NCBI GenBank assembly: GCA_040755455.1
Contig: JBFMAY010000020.1
Coordinates: forward strand, 1 to 64,000
DNA length: 64,000 nt
Source of the DNA: Thermodesulfobacteriota bacterium
Lineage (GTDB): Bacteria > Desulfobacterota > Desulfobulbia > Desulfobulbales > SURF-16
Reading direction: 5' to 3'
In this document: positions 10,829 through 20,524 of the stretch, piece after piece
How positions within the stretch are numbered: the stretch's first letter is position 1
Layout: each line of letters begins with the position of its first letter
Notes under the pieces: model-generated
What the model was told of the DNA's origin: nothing
Database searches by the model: none
The model's input: only the letters and a program-made list of their open reading frames with translations
Program-made: the position numbers and the translations under genes

Positions 10829-10889
10829 GGTCAGGCTTGACTTATGGGTGATCTGTTCAGAAATAAATTCCCATAGGTCAAGCCTGACC
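10829..10889. repeat. REP-like inverted repeat (20-bp arms, 21-nt spacer)
   Basis: GGTCAGGCTTGACTTATGGG ... CCCATAGGTCAAGCCTGACC, one mismatch. Confidence 0.7.
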
Positions 10890-10943
10890 TTGATTCACAC
10901 TATGAAGTCTCGGCAAATGTTGCTTAACCAGCTGTCCGGGGAA

Positions 10944-11453
10944 TCAAGCGGGCTGCATATGCTCAATAATCCTGTCCGCCACATGCTCCGGGGTCAAGTG
11001 ATCGGTGTCGATTTCATGCCGGGCTGCATCCTGGTATTTTGAGGTCCGGCGTTCCAGAACCTCCGCCACCTCTTCGGTGAAGGTTTTCCCCTCGGTCAGG
11101 GCAGGTCTTTCAGTGCCACCGGTAATTCTCGTTACAATGACATCCACCGAGGCCTTTAACCAGAAAATAACCGCATTGTTCCGCAGGGCCTCAATGTTTT
11201 CAGGCCGTTCAATGATGCCGCCACCGGTGTCAATGATGACGTTGTCAAGCTCTGAAAGCTCCCTTGCCAGTTCCGACTCCATATCGCGAAATTTCGGCCA
11301 GCCGTATTTTGCTACAATATCCGGGATTGACATGTCCGCCCTTTTCACTATCTCGGCATCCATGCCCACGCATTTCATGCCGAGGCGATGAGCAAGAATG
11401 CTTCCTACCACACTTTTTCCCGTGCCACGATAGCCGATGAGTACAATGTTCAT
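10944..11453 (-). CDS. aroK: Shikimate kinase
   Basis: IGYRGTGKS P-loop, GW.KFRD.E, TGGG, RPAL motifs. Confidence 0.92.
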   Translation of the reverse strand: MNIVLIGYRGTGKSVVGSILAHRLGMKCVGMDAEIVKRADMSIPDIVAKYGWPKFRDMESELARELSELDNVIIDTGGGIIERPENIEALRNNAVIFWLKASVDVIVTRITGGTERPALTEGKTFTEEVAEVLERRTSKYQDAARHEIDTDHLTPEHVADRIIEHMQPA

Positions 11454-12319
11454 TTTGCCAAGTGCTCCATTACCACCCGGCGCATAACCGCCTCAGGGGC
11501 GTCAGTGCCGGTGAATCGTTCAAATTGTAAAACTGCCTGGTTGATAAACATATCCACCCCGGAAATGATTTTGAGTCCGCTGGCCTTGGCCTCTCTGACC
11601 AGTTTGGTCTCAAGCGGGGTATAAACAATGTCAAACACCACTTGGTTAGGGCGAAAAAGCCTGGCAGGAACCAGAGAGGCATCTACCTTCGGATGCATGC
11701 CGATGGGGGTGCAGTGAAGGATGAGATCGGCACGTTCCATGGCTGCGGCGAGCGAATGGTCATTGAGGATCTCATGCTTTATGGACGCCTTGGTGCCGGC
11801 TCTCAGATCAGCGGCCAGCCCGTCGAGCATGTCTTTATTAATATCCAGCAGGGTGAGTTCAGCGAGCCCGGAATTACGGGCCAAGGTAAAGGCAATGGCC
11901 CGGGCCGCGCCGCCTGAGCCCAACATGAGGACGTTCATGCCGCTGATGTCCACCCCGGCATCAGCGATGGCCTTTTGCGCCCCCGGTCCGTCGGTGCCCA
12001 GACCCACGAGCCTGCCGTTTTCATTAATAATCGTGTTGATGGAACCAATGTTGCGGTCCACATCCGCTATTTCGTCCACATGCTTCATGGCCTCGATTTT
12101 ATGGGGAATGGTGACGCTCATGCCTCGAAAGTTTTTTATGGCCCGCATGCCTGCCAGGGCATTTTTTACATCCTCCACCGGAAAGGCCACATAAATGTAA
12201 TTTAGGCCTCGTTCCGCAAAGGCGGCATTGTGGATGGCTGGTGAGAGGCTATGCGAAACCGGGTTGCCGATAATGGCGCATATTTTGGTTTCGCAATCGA
12301 TTGATCTAACATTACTCAT
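11450..12319 (-). CDS. aroE: Shikimate dehydrogenase
   Basis: GNPVSHSLSPAIHN, SVTIPHK, GSGGAARA, DIVYTP; GGAGG RBS; 4-bp overlap with aroK. Confidence 0.92.
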   Translation of the reverse strand: MSNVRSIDCETKICAIIGNPVSHSLSPAIHNAAFAERGLNYIYVAFPVEDVKNALAGMRAIKNFRGMSVTIPHKIEAMKHVDEIADVDRNIGSINTIINENGRLVGLGTDGPGAQKAIADAGVDISGMNVLMLGSGGAARAIAFTLARNSGLAELTLLDINKDMLDGLAADLRAGTKASIKHEILNDHSLAAAMERADLILHCTPIGMHPKVDASLVPARLFRPNQVVFDIVYTPLETKLVREAKASGLKIISGVDMFINQAVLQFERFTGTDAPEAVMRRVVMEHLAK

Positions 12320-12857
12320 TTGAACCTCCATGAGATTAACCTGTAATTTGCCAGGCCTTACCTGAGTCGGGAACAGCATCTGCTCTTTTCGCGCGTGTCA
12401 TTGTTCACGCGGAGCTCAATATTAGCACATATTCCGTCATATTCAAGTCCTGATCGCCCAGTTGGATTCATCTCAGAGAAAAGTAAGGCCCTTGGGAAAG
12501 CCCCCATGGTCACCCATTAAAGGGCTCTCGGCAAGGGAAAAGCCGGGGGACGGTCATCACTCATTGGTCTTTTGAGACGGTGGTTGTCGAGTCTGAATTG
12601 ACACTCAAACTCGATCGTGCTATCCCTTTATGGATTTTGTTTACGACGAAACAATGTTATTATGCCTGGTTGGGAGACAAAAAATGGCATCCAGTACCCG
12701 GCATCGATGACCTGCGGAGTTTGGTTTAATTTGAAGAGTGGTTCTCTTCTTATAAAGCATGTTTTTACTACCTGTATCGTTTACTTTAATTTAAATTACG
12801 TAACAAATTCAGGAGTACTGAATTTTTAATGTTTAAGCTGGTTATGCTATCAACCTG

Positions 12858-14969
12858 ATGTTTACTGACCTTTTATTGCTGTCAAATCTGTTTCTTCTTG
12901 CCGTTTCCCTCTTTGCCTTGCGGCTGCCGGAAGTGCATCGCAAGTTTTCCCTTGCCATCTTACAGACCCTTCTTTTCCTACCCCTCCTCGGTGTGGAATA
13001 CCTGGCTGTGGTCTTAAACCTTATACCTGGCCCGGCAGGTTTTACTATTCTCTTGGCTTCCCAGAATTTATTTCTGGTTATCTGGAGCTCCGCCGCCCGT
13101 CGGCTACGCGACGCCATGTCCGCCAGCCGGCCTGAGCCCACCGCCATCTATGCCCTTGTTCATGCCCTCCTCATCGTGGTGATCCTGTCTGTCACGGTAT
13201 TCCAGATCTCTGTGCCCAGTTTCGCGCTCAGCGGGGAGGGGATCAGTTTTTCTCAATTCGGGCCGATCTATTTCGCTTCCCTCATCTGTCTTCTTGTCAT
13301 GCTGTTCATGGCCTGGCAGCTTGAGGCCTTCTGGCGTCAGTTGCCAAAAACCAGGCGCCGTGAATACGGGCTGTTTGTGGTGGGCAGCGTGCTCGTCTGC
13401 GCCGTGCAGGGCGGGGTGGCATCCTACCGCATCACTTATCTTGAATTGACGAATGATATCCTTTTTCTCCAGGCCGCCTTCCTGTTGCTTGCCTGGACAA
13501 TGCTCACCTACGCCGTCCTCCGCCACCGGTTGCTCAACCGCAACCTTTTCATTTCCCGCAAGATTGTCTATTCCTTTGTCGCTCCGTCCCTTTTTGCCGC
13601 CTACTTTCTAACTCTCGGTACAATATCACTTGTCATAAGGCTTTGCGGCTATCCCCTCGAGTGGGTGTTGTTCTGGTTTCTCGCAGGAATCGGCGCAGTG
13701 GGGGTGGCGGTCCTGGCAATTTCCGAACCGGTCCGGCAGCGCTTCAAGTTTTTCATCAGTACTCATTTTTATGTCAACAAGTATGAATACCGGGACGAAT
13801 GGCTCGCCTTCTCAGCCCTCCTGCAAGACGCCCACAGCGAGGCCAAGGTGCTTGACGCACTGCTTCAGGTTCTAAGCGATAGTCTCTACACCAGGGGAAT
13901 CCGGATCTGGGCCGGAAGTGTCGCCGATGGTTTCAGGCTCGTGGTGTCGACTGCCGATACTGATCGGCCAACCTGCCTTCTCACCCCCAGCGGCCCCATT
14001 ATCAGCCACCTCATCCAGCAGCCGCGTCTGGACCTGGCAGATCCGATACATGGGGAGAGTGACACGTTCAATGTCTGTCTTGCTTCATTGACGCCTCCCT
14101 GGCCGGTCCTCTTCGTTCCCCTGGACGCCGGCGGCCAGCTTGTCGGCTGCATTGGCCTTGGCCCGGAGTACACCGGCGGCCGATACGGCCAGGACGACTT
14201 TGACCTCCTGGCGGCCTTGGGCTCCCAGGCCGCGTCAGCCCTGCTCGCCGTGCGGCTGACCGAGGAGACCGCCCGTCTGCGCGAACAGCGGGCCCTGCAT
14301 CATCTGGCGGCCTTTCTCCTCCACGATATCAAGAATGCCGCTTCCATCCTTTCCCTGGTCCATGCCAATGCCCGGGAGCACATGGATAACCCTGAATTCA
14401 GGAAGGATATGCTCACCGCCATCGGCGACGCCCTGCGGCGGATGGAAAAGGTGCGGACCAATCTCGGCATGCTGCGGGACCGGGTGGAGCCTGTCTGGCG
14501 GGATGTGGTTCTCTGTCTTTTTCTTGATGAACTGCGGGTCCGGTTCGGCCGGCGGCTGCCCGGCCTCGATATTGTCCTTGACTGCCCGCCGGAGATCACC
14601 CTGCGCACCGATCCGCAGCTTCTGGGAACCGTGGTCGAAAATCTTCTCTTAAACGCCTATGAGGCCGGCAACGGCAGCAGTCAGGTGCACATCGCCGCCT
14701 GGCCGGCCGATGACGGCCTCCTGATAAGCGTTGCGGATAATGGTCCCGCCATCCCTGAACACCTTCTGCCGGACCAGCTCTTTGCGCCCTTTGTCTCTGA
14801 CAAACCAGGCGGCAGCGGCATCGGGCTGTGGCAGGCCCGTCTTCTCCTCCAGCGCCTGGGCGCCACCATCACTGCCGAAAATCCGGCCACCGGCGGCGCC
14901 CGTTTCATAATCCGCCTGCCCAAGGCCGATTTGTCTCCTGCAGCTGTCGGTCCGGCCGCCGGCATGTAA
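12858..14969 (+). CDS. prsK: PEP-CTERM system sensor histidine kinase
   Basis: Multi-TM N-terminus, HFYVNKYEYRDEWL signature, GAF-like region, AFLLHDIKN H-box, NLLLNA / DNGP / GSGIGL; neighbours a PEP-CTERM gene. Confidence 0.85.
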   Translation: MFTDLLLLSNLFLLAVSLFALRLPEVHRKFSLAILQTLLFLPLLGVEYLAVVLNLIPGPAGFTILLASQNLFLVIWSSAARRLRDAMSASRPEPTAIYALVHALLIVVILSVTVFQISVPSFALSGEGISFSQFGPIYFASLICLLVMLFMAWQLEAFWRQLPKTRRREYGLFVVGSVLVCAVQGGVASYRITYLELTNDILFLQAAFLLLAWTMLTYAVLRHRLLNRNLFISRKIVYSFVAPSLFAAYFLTLGTISLVIRLCGYPLEWVLFWFLAGIGAVGVAVLAISEPVRQRFKFFISTHFYVNKYEYRDEWLAFSALLQDAHSEAKVLDALLQVLSDSLYTRGIRIWAGSVADGFRLVVSTADTDRPTCLLTPSGPIISHLIQQPRLDLADPIHGESDTFNVCLASLTPPWPVLFVPLDAGGQLVGCIGLGPEYTGGRYGQDDFDLLAALGSQAASALLAVRLTEETARLREQRALHHLAAFLLHDIKNAASILSLVHANAREHMDNPEFRKDMLTAIGDALRRMEKVRTNLGMLRDRVEPVWRDVVLCLFLDELRVRFGRRLPGLDIVLDCPPEITLRTDPQLLGTVVENLLLNAYEAGNGSSQVHIAAWPADDGLLISVADNGPAIPEHLLPDQLFAPFVSDKPGGSGIGLWQARLLLQRLGATITAENPATGGARFIIRLPKADLSPAAVGPAAGM

Positions 14970-14981
14970 AAGAAGTCGACA
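14965..14981 (-). promoter_or_regulatory. Putative PrsR enhancer box, copy 1 (inverted)
   Basis: Minus strand TGTCGACTTCTTTTACA (TGT-N11-ACA), matching copy 2. Confidence 0.6.
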
Positions 14982-15068
14982 CCCGGGAAATCATACTGCC
15001 TGCGACGGGGCAGCACAGGCCTGGCAAGGCAAAGAGGCATATCGACGGATCATGCTGCCTGCCGATAC

Positions 15069-15085
15069 TGTCGGGGTGTTTTACA
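15069..15085 (+). promoter_or_regulatory. Putative PrsR enhancer box, copy 2
   Basis: TGTCGGGGTGTTTTACA, about 66 bp upstream of a -24/-12 element. Confidence 0.7.
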
Positions 15086-15149
15086 GGCTGGTTCTTGCGG
15101 TAGGGAGATTTATGCATGGATAATGACGTAAAAACAAGAGGTTGAGTTG

Positions 15150-15166
15150 TTGGTATAGTTGTTGCT
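15150..15166 (+). promoter_or_regulatory. Sigma54 -24/-12 promoter of the PEP-CTERM gene
   Basis: TTGGTATAGTTGTTGCT with GG (15152-3)-N10-GC (15164-5). Confidence 0.75.
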
Positions 15167-15241
15167 TTAACTTCAAAATGAGGAAAAGAGATAATCACAA
15201 ATGATTATTTGTATGTTAAGTGACAATTTTTGGAGGGAAAA

Positions 15242-15802
15242 ATGAAAAAGAAATTATTGGCGGGATTGGCGACTGGGGTGTTTTTAATTGGTATGGTGGG
15301 TAACGCTATGGCTGATTCAATTAACTATACTGAAGTGTATAATCCAGAACCAGATATCTTGATGGTTTTTAACACTTCTACAGCAACAACTACATGGACT
15401 TTCGATATCACAGATAATGAGGGTTGGCTCACTCCAGGTCAAGTGTTCGAAACAGGTGGGATAACTTTGACCCTCGAAGATGATGGCACTGATTCCGCAG
15501 AAAAGGCGACATTTACATTTGATGGTGATGACGATCGCGAGATTAAAGCAGATATCAACTCTGACCTTTGGGAAGGTGTTTTTTTAGTGGATGCCAGCGC
15601 ATTTAGCGATGGTTTAATTGCATGCACACTGACTGTTACCAAAGGTGATTTTTATTTTCGGCTTGCGGAGCTGAATGTAACAAGCAACTATACTCCTGAA
15701 ACCACTAACGCCCCCGTCCCCGAGCCGGCCACCATGCTGCTCATGGGCACCGGTCTGGCGGGGCTGGCCGCGGCCAGGCGCCGGAAAGCCAAGAAGAGCT
15801 AA
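15242..15802 (+). CDS. PEP-CTERM sorting-domain surface protein
   Basis: Signal peptide MKKKLLAG...AMA, acidic Thr-rich body, VPEPATMLLMGTGLAGLAAARRRK tail; GGAGG RBS. Confidence 0.92.
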   Translation: MKKKLLAGLATGVFLIGMVGNAMADSINYTEVYNPEPDILMVFNTSTATTTWTFDITDNEGWLTPGQVFETGGITLTLEDDGTDSAEKATFTFDGDDDREIKADINSDLWEGVFLVDASAFSDGLIACTLTVTKGDFYFRLAELNVTSNYTPETTNAPVPEPATMLLMGTGLAGLAAARRRKAKKS

Positions 15803-15827
15803 CTGGCCGACATGATGCACGTTTGAC

Positions 15828-15865
15828 AAAAGCCCCGGATGCCCAGCGTTTCCGGGGCTTTTTTT
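15828..15865 (+). terminator. Intrinsic terminator after the PEP-CTERM gene
   Basis: AAAAGCCCCGGA ... TCCGGGGCTTTTTTT. Confidence 0.8.
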
Positions 15866-15872
15866 ATCGAGA

Positions 15873-16331
15873 ATGATTGATTATCCAAGGGCTGGCGCAA
15901 TGACCTCAAGGGTTTTATCAAAAAACAACAAAGTCTTGACGACGGATGCTGTTGAGAGAAAACCCTTGGCGGGCAAGCGCCGTCGTCACCCCCGATTTTC
16001 AGCCCACGAGCGGGCCTTGGTCGCGGTGAGCGGTGATGATTCCGGTCTGCCGTACCATCTGATCGATATCAGCGAAGGCGGCATGGCCTTCCGTTACCTG
16101 GGCGAGACCCCTCTGTCACTGACCGGCAGCCGGATGGATATCTATCTGGACGAGTGCTTGCATGTCGGCCGGCTGCCGGTGACCGTCGTGGCCGACCGGC
16201 AATTGCCGGGGAAAGATTTCATCCCCAAGCGGCGCTGCAGTGTGCGCTTCGGCAAGCTGACCCCGGCCCAGCAGCTCCAGCTGCAGACCTTTATCCGGTG
16301 CCACACCAAGCCAGTTCCGTCAAGTTGCTGA
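15873..16331 (+). CDS. PilZ-domain (c-di-GMP binding) protein
   Basis: RRRHPR (RxxxR) and DISEGG (DxSxxG) motifs; start uncertain. Confidence 0.8.
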   Translation: MIDYPRAGAMTSRVLSKNNKVLTTDAVERKPLAGKRRRHPRFSAHERALVAVSGDDSGLPYHLIDISEGGMAFRYLGETPLSLTGSRMDIYLDECLHVGRLPVTVVADRQLPGKDFIPKRRCSVRFGKLTPAQQLQLQTFIRCHTKPVPSSC

Positions 16332-16373
16332 CGGTTCATTGCCAATCAACCCCCATCCCCGGTTCATCTCTTA

Positions 16374-17750
16374 TCAAATTGTAATATTGTGTTTTTTCAG
16401 GAGATCGTGCATGGTGGGCCGGCTCACGGAAAGCAAACGGGCCGCCTGGCTGATGTTGTTGCCGCTCCGTGCCATCGCCTGTTGTACCGCCTCTGCCTCG
16501 GCCCGGCGCCTGGTCTCGGCCAGGGAATTTATTCCCTGGCCGTCGCCTTCCGAGGTTTCCGGCCCTCGCAGACCAAGATCAACCAGGCGGATCACTGCGC
16601 CGTTTACCGTGGCCAGGGCGCGGCGGACAGTATTTTTGAGTTCCCGAACGTTTCCCGGCCAGGGATGGCGGTTCATGACCTCCAGAGCGGCAGAAGACAG
16701 GGTTATGAGCCGGTCCAACCGAAGGGCCTTGGACTCCTGCTCGATAAAATGGCGGGCCAGGATGGCAATATCGTCCCCCCGCTCGCGCAGGGGTGGAGCG
16801 GTCAAAGGGATAACGTTGAGCCGATAGTAGAGATCCCGGCGAAAATGGCCGGCCGCCACTGCCTGCTCCAGGTTGACGTTGGTAGCGGCAATGATGCGTA
16901 ACGACAGCGGAATGGGTCTCCGCCCGCCGATGCGCTCCACCGTTCCTTCCTGAAGGGTGCGCAGCAGTTTTACCTGCATGGCAAGCGGCAACTCGCCTAT
17001 CTCGTCAAGAAATATTGTCCCGCCGTGGGCATCTTCGAACTTTCCCTTTCGACTGCAATGAGCGCCGGTGAAGGCGCCTTTTTCGTGGCCGAAGAGTTCG
17101 CTTTCGATAAGCTGCTCGGGAATGGCGCCGCAGTTTACGACGATAAAGGGTTTTTCCCGGCGTTGGCTCAACAGGTGCACGGTCTGGGCGATCATTTCCT
17201 TGCCGGTGCCTGTTTCTCCTGAGATCAACACCGGAAAATCAGTCGCGGCAGCCCGGCTGATCTTGGCGAAGAGTGTCTGCATGACGGGTGAGGTTCCCAG
17301 TATGCCGTGAAGACCGCCGTTTTTATTCGCAGCCAGTTGCTGTCTCTCACTTGCCGCTTCGATGTCGTGCATGCGGAAGGCACGGGCGATGAGCACCTCC
17401 AAGTCCCCGAGATCAACAGGTTTGGGACAAAAATCAGTCACCCCGAGACGGACGGCCCTGACCGCTGTCTCTTCCTCGGCATTGCCGGTGATGACAATTA
17501 TCTTGGTGCCTGCCGGAATCAGCCCTTCCTCCAGAAGCCGAAGGCCGACTGTAGGGTTGTTCGGAAAAGGCGGCAGGCCAAGATCCAGGGTAACCACCGG
17601 AAAGGTGGATGTCGCAAGCACCCGCCTCACCTGCTCGGCATCGGCAGCGACGGCTATCTCGTACTTATCCCCCAAGCCCCACTGAAGCTGCCTGGCCATC
17701 GATGGTTCGTCCTCAATGATGAGAAGCTTGCGTGATGGTTCAGTATGCAT
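16374..17750 (-). CDS. prsR: PEP-CTERM-box response regulator (REC + sigma54 AAA+ + HTH)
   Basis: [10 protein letters not shown] receiver signature, [32 protein letters not shown]; context with prsK. Confidence 0.85.
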   Translation of the reverse strand: MHTEPSRKLLIIEDEPSMARQLQWGLGDKYEIAVAADAEQVRRVLATSTFPVVTLDLGLPPFPNNPTVGLRLLEEGLIPAGTKIIVITGNAEEETAVRAVRLGVTDFCPKPVDLGDLEVLIARAFRMHDIEAASERQQLAANKNGGLHGILGTSPVMQTLFAKISRAAATDFPVLISGETGTGKEMIAQTVHLLSQRREKPFIVVNCGAIPEQLIESELFGHEKGAFTGAHCSRKGKFEDAHGGTIFLDEIGELPLAMQVKLLRTLQEGTVERIGGRRPIPLSLRIIAATNVNLEQAVAAGHFRRDLYYRLNVIPLTAPPLRERGDDIAILARHFIEQESKALRLDRLITLSSAALEVMNRHPWPGNVRELKNTVRRALATVNGAVIRLVDLGLRGPETSEGDGQGINSLAETRRRAEAEAVQQAMARSGNNISQAARLLSVSRPTMHDLLKKHNITI

Positions 17751-17913
17751 GTGTATTCCTATTGGGGTTTAGTGATAGGAAATCGTAGGTCAAGGATAAA
17801 GATGCTATTGAATAATGGCATATTTGCCGGTAAATTTGCCAGGCAATATTGCGAAAAAAACACCGAAAAATTATTCCCAAATCAGCATGCTGTCCCGCAA
17901 TTCGTTTCCCCCC

Positions 17914-17957
17914 AAAAAAAAGAAAAGCCGGGCTGCCTTCATCAGGCAGTCCGGCTT
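17914..17957 (-). terminator. Intrinsic terminator (minus strand)
   Basis: Minus strand AAGCCGGACTGCCT-GATGA-AGGCAGCCCGGCTT followed by a T-rich run. Confidence 0.8.
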
Positions 17958-18207
17958 GTTGTGAAAATATCCATGTCATTTATCCCCACCACGCAGGTTT
18001 GGGTTTTTTCTCTCGATTATCCTGACAGATTCTTACTACAAGATTGAGTGTTTGCAAATAGGGCAAATTGTCGCAATATTGCAAACCATAAAAGGGAATG
18101 GGCGAGGGAAAAGCCATTGACTTCGGCCTGCCGAATGTAAGGAGGAACTGTTTGTTGACGCAGGCGTCAACGCGAGCCAGAACGGGCAAAGCCCAATATG
18201 GCCTTGC

Positions 18208-20508
18208 CTACAGAGGCTGCAGCCGGGCGATGGCGGCGATCAGGGTTTTGGTGCCGTGGTGGTCAAACAGCACCCGGATCTTCCCGGTCCGGCGGTCCAG
18301 CACCGCAGTGACCACCCCGTTTCCGAAGATGGAGTGTCTGACCAGCAGGCCCTCGGCCAGTTCATTGATTCCCAGGATTTCCTTGTTGCCGGCTCGGGGC
18401 TTGGACGGCTTGCCCGGTCTTTCCACCGGTTTAAGCGGGGAATTGATGGCCGCCAGATACTGGTTGGCCACCTCGATATCCTGGGCCATAAGCGTTTTGC
18501 CGGAGTAATTCTCACCCTGGCTGATCGCCTCGCCGAGCCGGCTGCTGAGCTCGATGTTGGCCTCGTAGAGAAAGCGGCTGGCCGGAAAGCCGTCATCGAC
18601 CTGGTGGCGGGGGTAGCGGCTGTTGCCTGCCTTGGTCTGTCTGGTCAACCGCTTGTCCGGCGGATGGATGAAGAAGACCTTCTCTTTGGCCCTGGTCATG
18701 GCTACATAAAAGAGCCGGCGTTCATCCTCCAGGTTGTCGAAGGCGGCTTCGCGGTCATCGAAAATCAGGGGGAAGGAGCCGTCGGCCAGTCCAGGAATGA
18801 TCACCACCGGCCATTCCAGGCCCTTGGCCCGATGAATCGAGGTGATCAGCAGAGAGTCCCCGGCCGGGGCCGCGGCCTGTTGCTGCAGCGCGCCGATTTT
18901 TTCCAGAAAGGGGGCCGCGGCCAGGTCCAGCCGGTCGGCGAAGCGGACAAAGGCCTGGCAGGTTTCGATCCGGTTTTCCGCGGTGGCGATGCGGGAGGAG
19001 ATGTTGCGGTAATAGTCGAACAGATTCGTTTTGTTGATGATCGCCGCCAGCAACTGCCCGGCCTTGGCCGAGGAGGGCAGTCTGCCGATGGTATGCCAGG
19101 TTTCGGCGGTCTGGGCCAGGCGTTTGTGCAGAAACGGCGGGGTGTCCGGGCCTGCGGCGGCAAGAATCACCTCAGCCGCCCGGTCAGGCTGGCGCGCGAT
19201 TTTGCCGGCCAGCTCATGGATCTTTTCCCTTCTCACGCCCAGGTGGGGATGGGTCAGCATGGCCTCGATGATGGCAGTGGCCGCGGCAGGCTCCATGCCG
19301 CCGAGGCTGCCCTGACACAGGCGCAGATAGCCGCTCAACGCCTTGATCTCCGGGCAGGCGAAAACCTGCTCGTGACCGGCCAGCCGGTAAGGGACATGGG
19401 CCTCAAGCAGGGCTAGTTCCACCGGCACGCTCATGGCAAACAGCCTGACCAGCACCGCCACCTCTGCCCCCGGCCTGCCCTTGGCGGCCAGTTCCTGCAG
19501 AATGGCCAGCACCGGATGGGGTTCCATTTCCGGCAGGCAGCAGAGTGCGGTATCGCCGGTGGTGGGGAAGGAGAGGCAGAGTTTGCGGTCGCGCAGCCGA
19601 TTGCGGCTGATCAGATGATTGGCGGCCAGCGACAGCCGGTGGCCAAAGCGGAAGGTGTAGGAGAGGGTGTAGGTCGCGGGCTGCGGGAAATCATGGGCGA
19701 ACCGTTCGGTGATGTATTCCGGTTTCGCCCCGCGCCACTCGTAGATGCACTGGTCCACATCGCCCACCACCATGACCTTGGCCCGGTGGCCGGCGATGAT
19801 TTTCAGCAGTTGCTGCTGGACCTCATTGATATCCTGGTACTCGTCGACAATGATATGGTCCACATGGTTGGCGGCCCAGTCCGCCAGTTGCGGGTTACCC
19901 AGCATGGCCATGACCGGTTCGTGGATGAGGTCGGCATAGAAGCGTATGCGCTGGGCCTTGCGCTCCGCTTCAAAGATGGCGAAGGCCTCGATGAAATAGC
20001 CGAACCGTTCGTCAAGATCCAGGTGTGAGAAGAGTTTGCCCGCAGGCATGGTGTCTGATTTGGCCAGGTCGATGAAGGTGAGAAAGCCCTCCATGTTTTC
20101 CCCGGACAGCCACTCCTCGCTGCCGCCGTCCTGGTCAATGATCTGGCGCACCGCGCCTTTGGCCAGCTTTTCTTGCCGGTAGTCATCGGTGACCAGGGTG
20201 CAGGCGGGCAGAAAGCCCCGGCTGGTGAAGCTCTCCACCAGCCGCAGGCCGAGGGAATGGAAGGTGCGCACCTCGGGGGGCGGCAGAGCGTCCCGCCGCA
20301 GGACATCGTGCATGACCGCGCTAAAGCTGTCCCTGGCCGATTTGTTGAACATGAGCACCAGCAGCTGCCGGGGCGCGACGCCCTGGGCCAGCAGATGCCT
20401 GACCCGGGCCACCATGGTGGTGGTCTTGCCGGAACCGGCCACGGCGCTGACCTTGGCGTGTCCGCCCAGGTGGGCCACGATCCGCTGTTGTTCGTCGGTG
20501 AGATTCAT
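18208..20508 (-). CDS. UvrD/PcrA/Rep-family ATP-dependent helicase
   Basis: AVAGSGKTT, VDEYQD, VGDVDQCIYEWRGA, SIHRAKGLEW, ERRLFYVAMTRA, C-terminal Tudor-like VRHSIFGNG. Confidence 0.9.
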   Translation of the reverse strand: MNLTDEQQRIVAHLGGHAKVSAVAGSGKTTTMVARVRHLLAQGVAPRQLLVLMFNKSARDSFSAVMHDVLRRDALPPPEVRTFHSLGLRLVESFTSRGFLPACTLVTDDYRQEKLAKGAVRQIIDQDGGSEEWLSGENMEGFLTFIDLAKSDTMPAGKLFSHLDLDERFGYFIEAFAIFEAERKAQRIRFYADLIHEPVMAMLGNPQLADWAANHVDHIIVDEYQDINEVQQQLLKIIAGHRAKVMVVGDVDQCIYEWRGAKPEYITERFAHDFPQPATYTLSYTFRFGHRLSLAANHLISRNRLRDRKLCLSFPTTGDTALCCLPEMEPHPVLAILQELAAKGRPGAEVAVLVRLFAMSVPVELALLEAHVPYRLAGHEQVFACPEIKALSGYLRLCQGSLGGMEPAAATAIIEAMLTHPHLGVRREKIHELAGKIARQPDRAAEVILAAAGPDTPPFLHKRLAQTAETWHTIGRLPSSAKAGQLLAAIINKTNLFDYYRNISSRIATAENRIETCQAFVRFADRLDLAAAPFLEKIGALQQQAAAPAGDSLLITSIHRAKGLEWPVVIIPGLADGSFPLIFDDREAAFDNLEDERRLFYVAMTRAKEKVFFIHPPDKRLTRQTKAGNSRYPRHQVDDGFPASRFLYEANIELSSRLGEAISQGENYSGKTLMAQDIEVANQYLAAINSPLKPVERPGKPSKPRAGNKEILGINELAEGLLVRHSIFGNGVVTAVLDRRTGKIRVLFDHHGTKTLIAAIARLQPL

Positions 20509-20524
20509 GGCCGGGGCATGGGTC

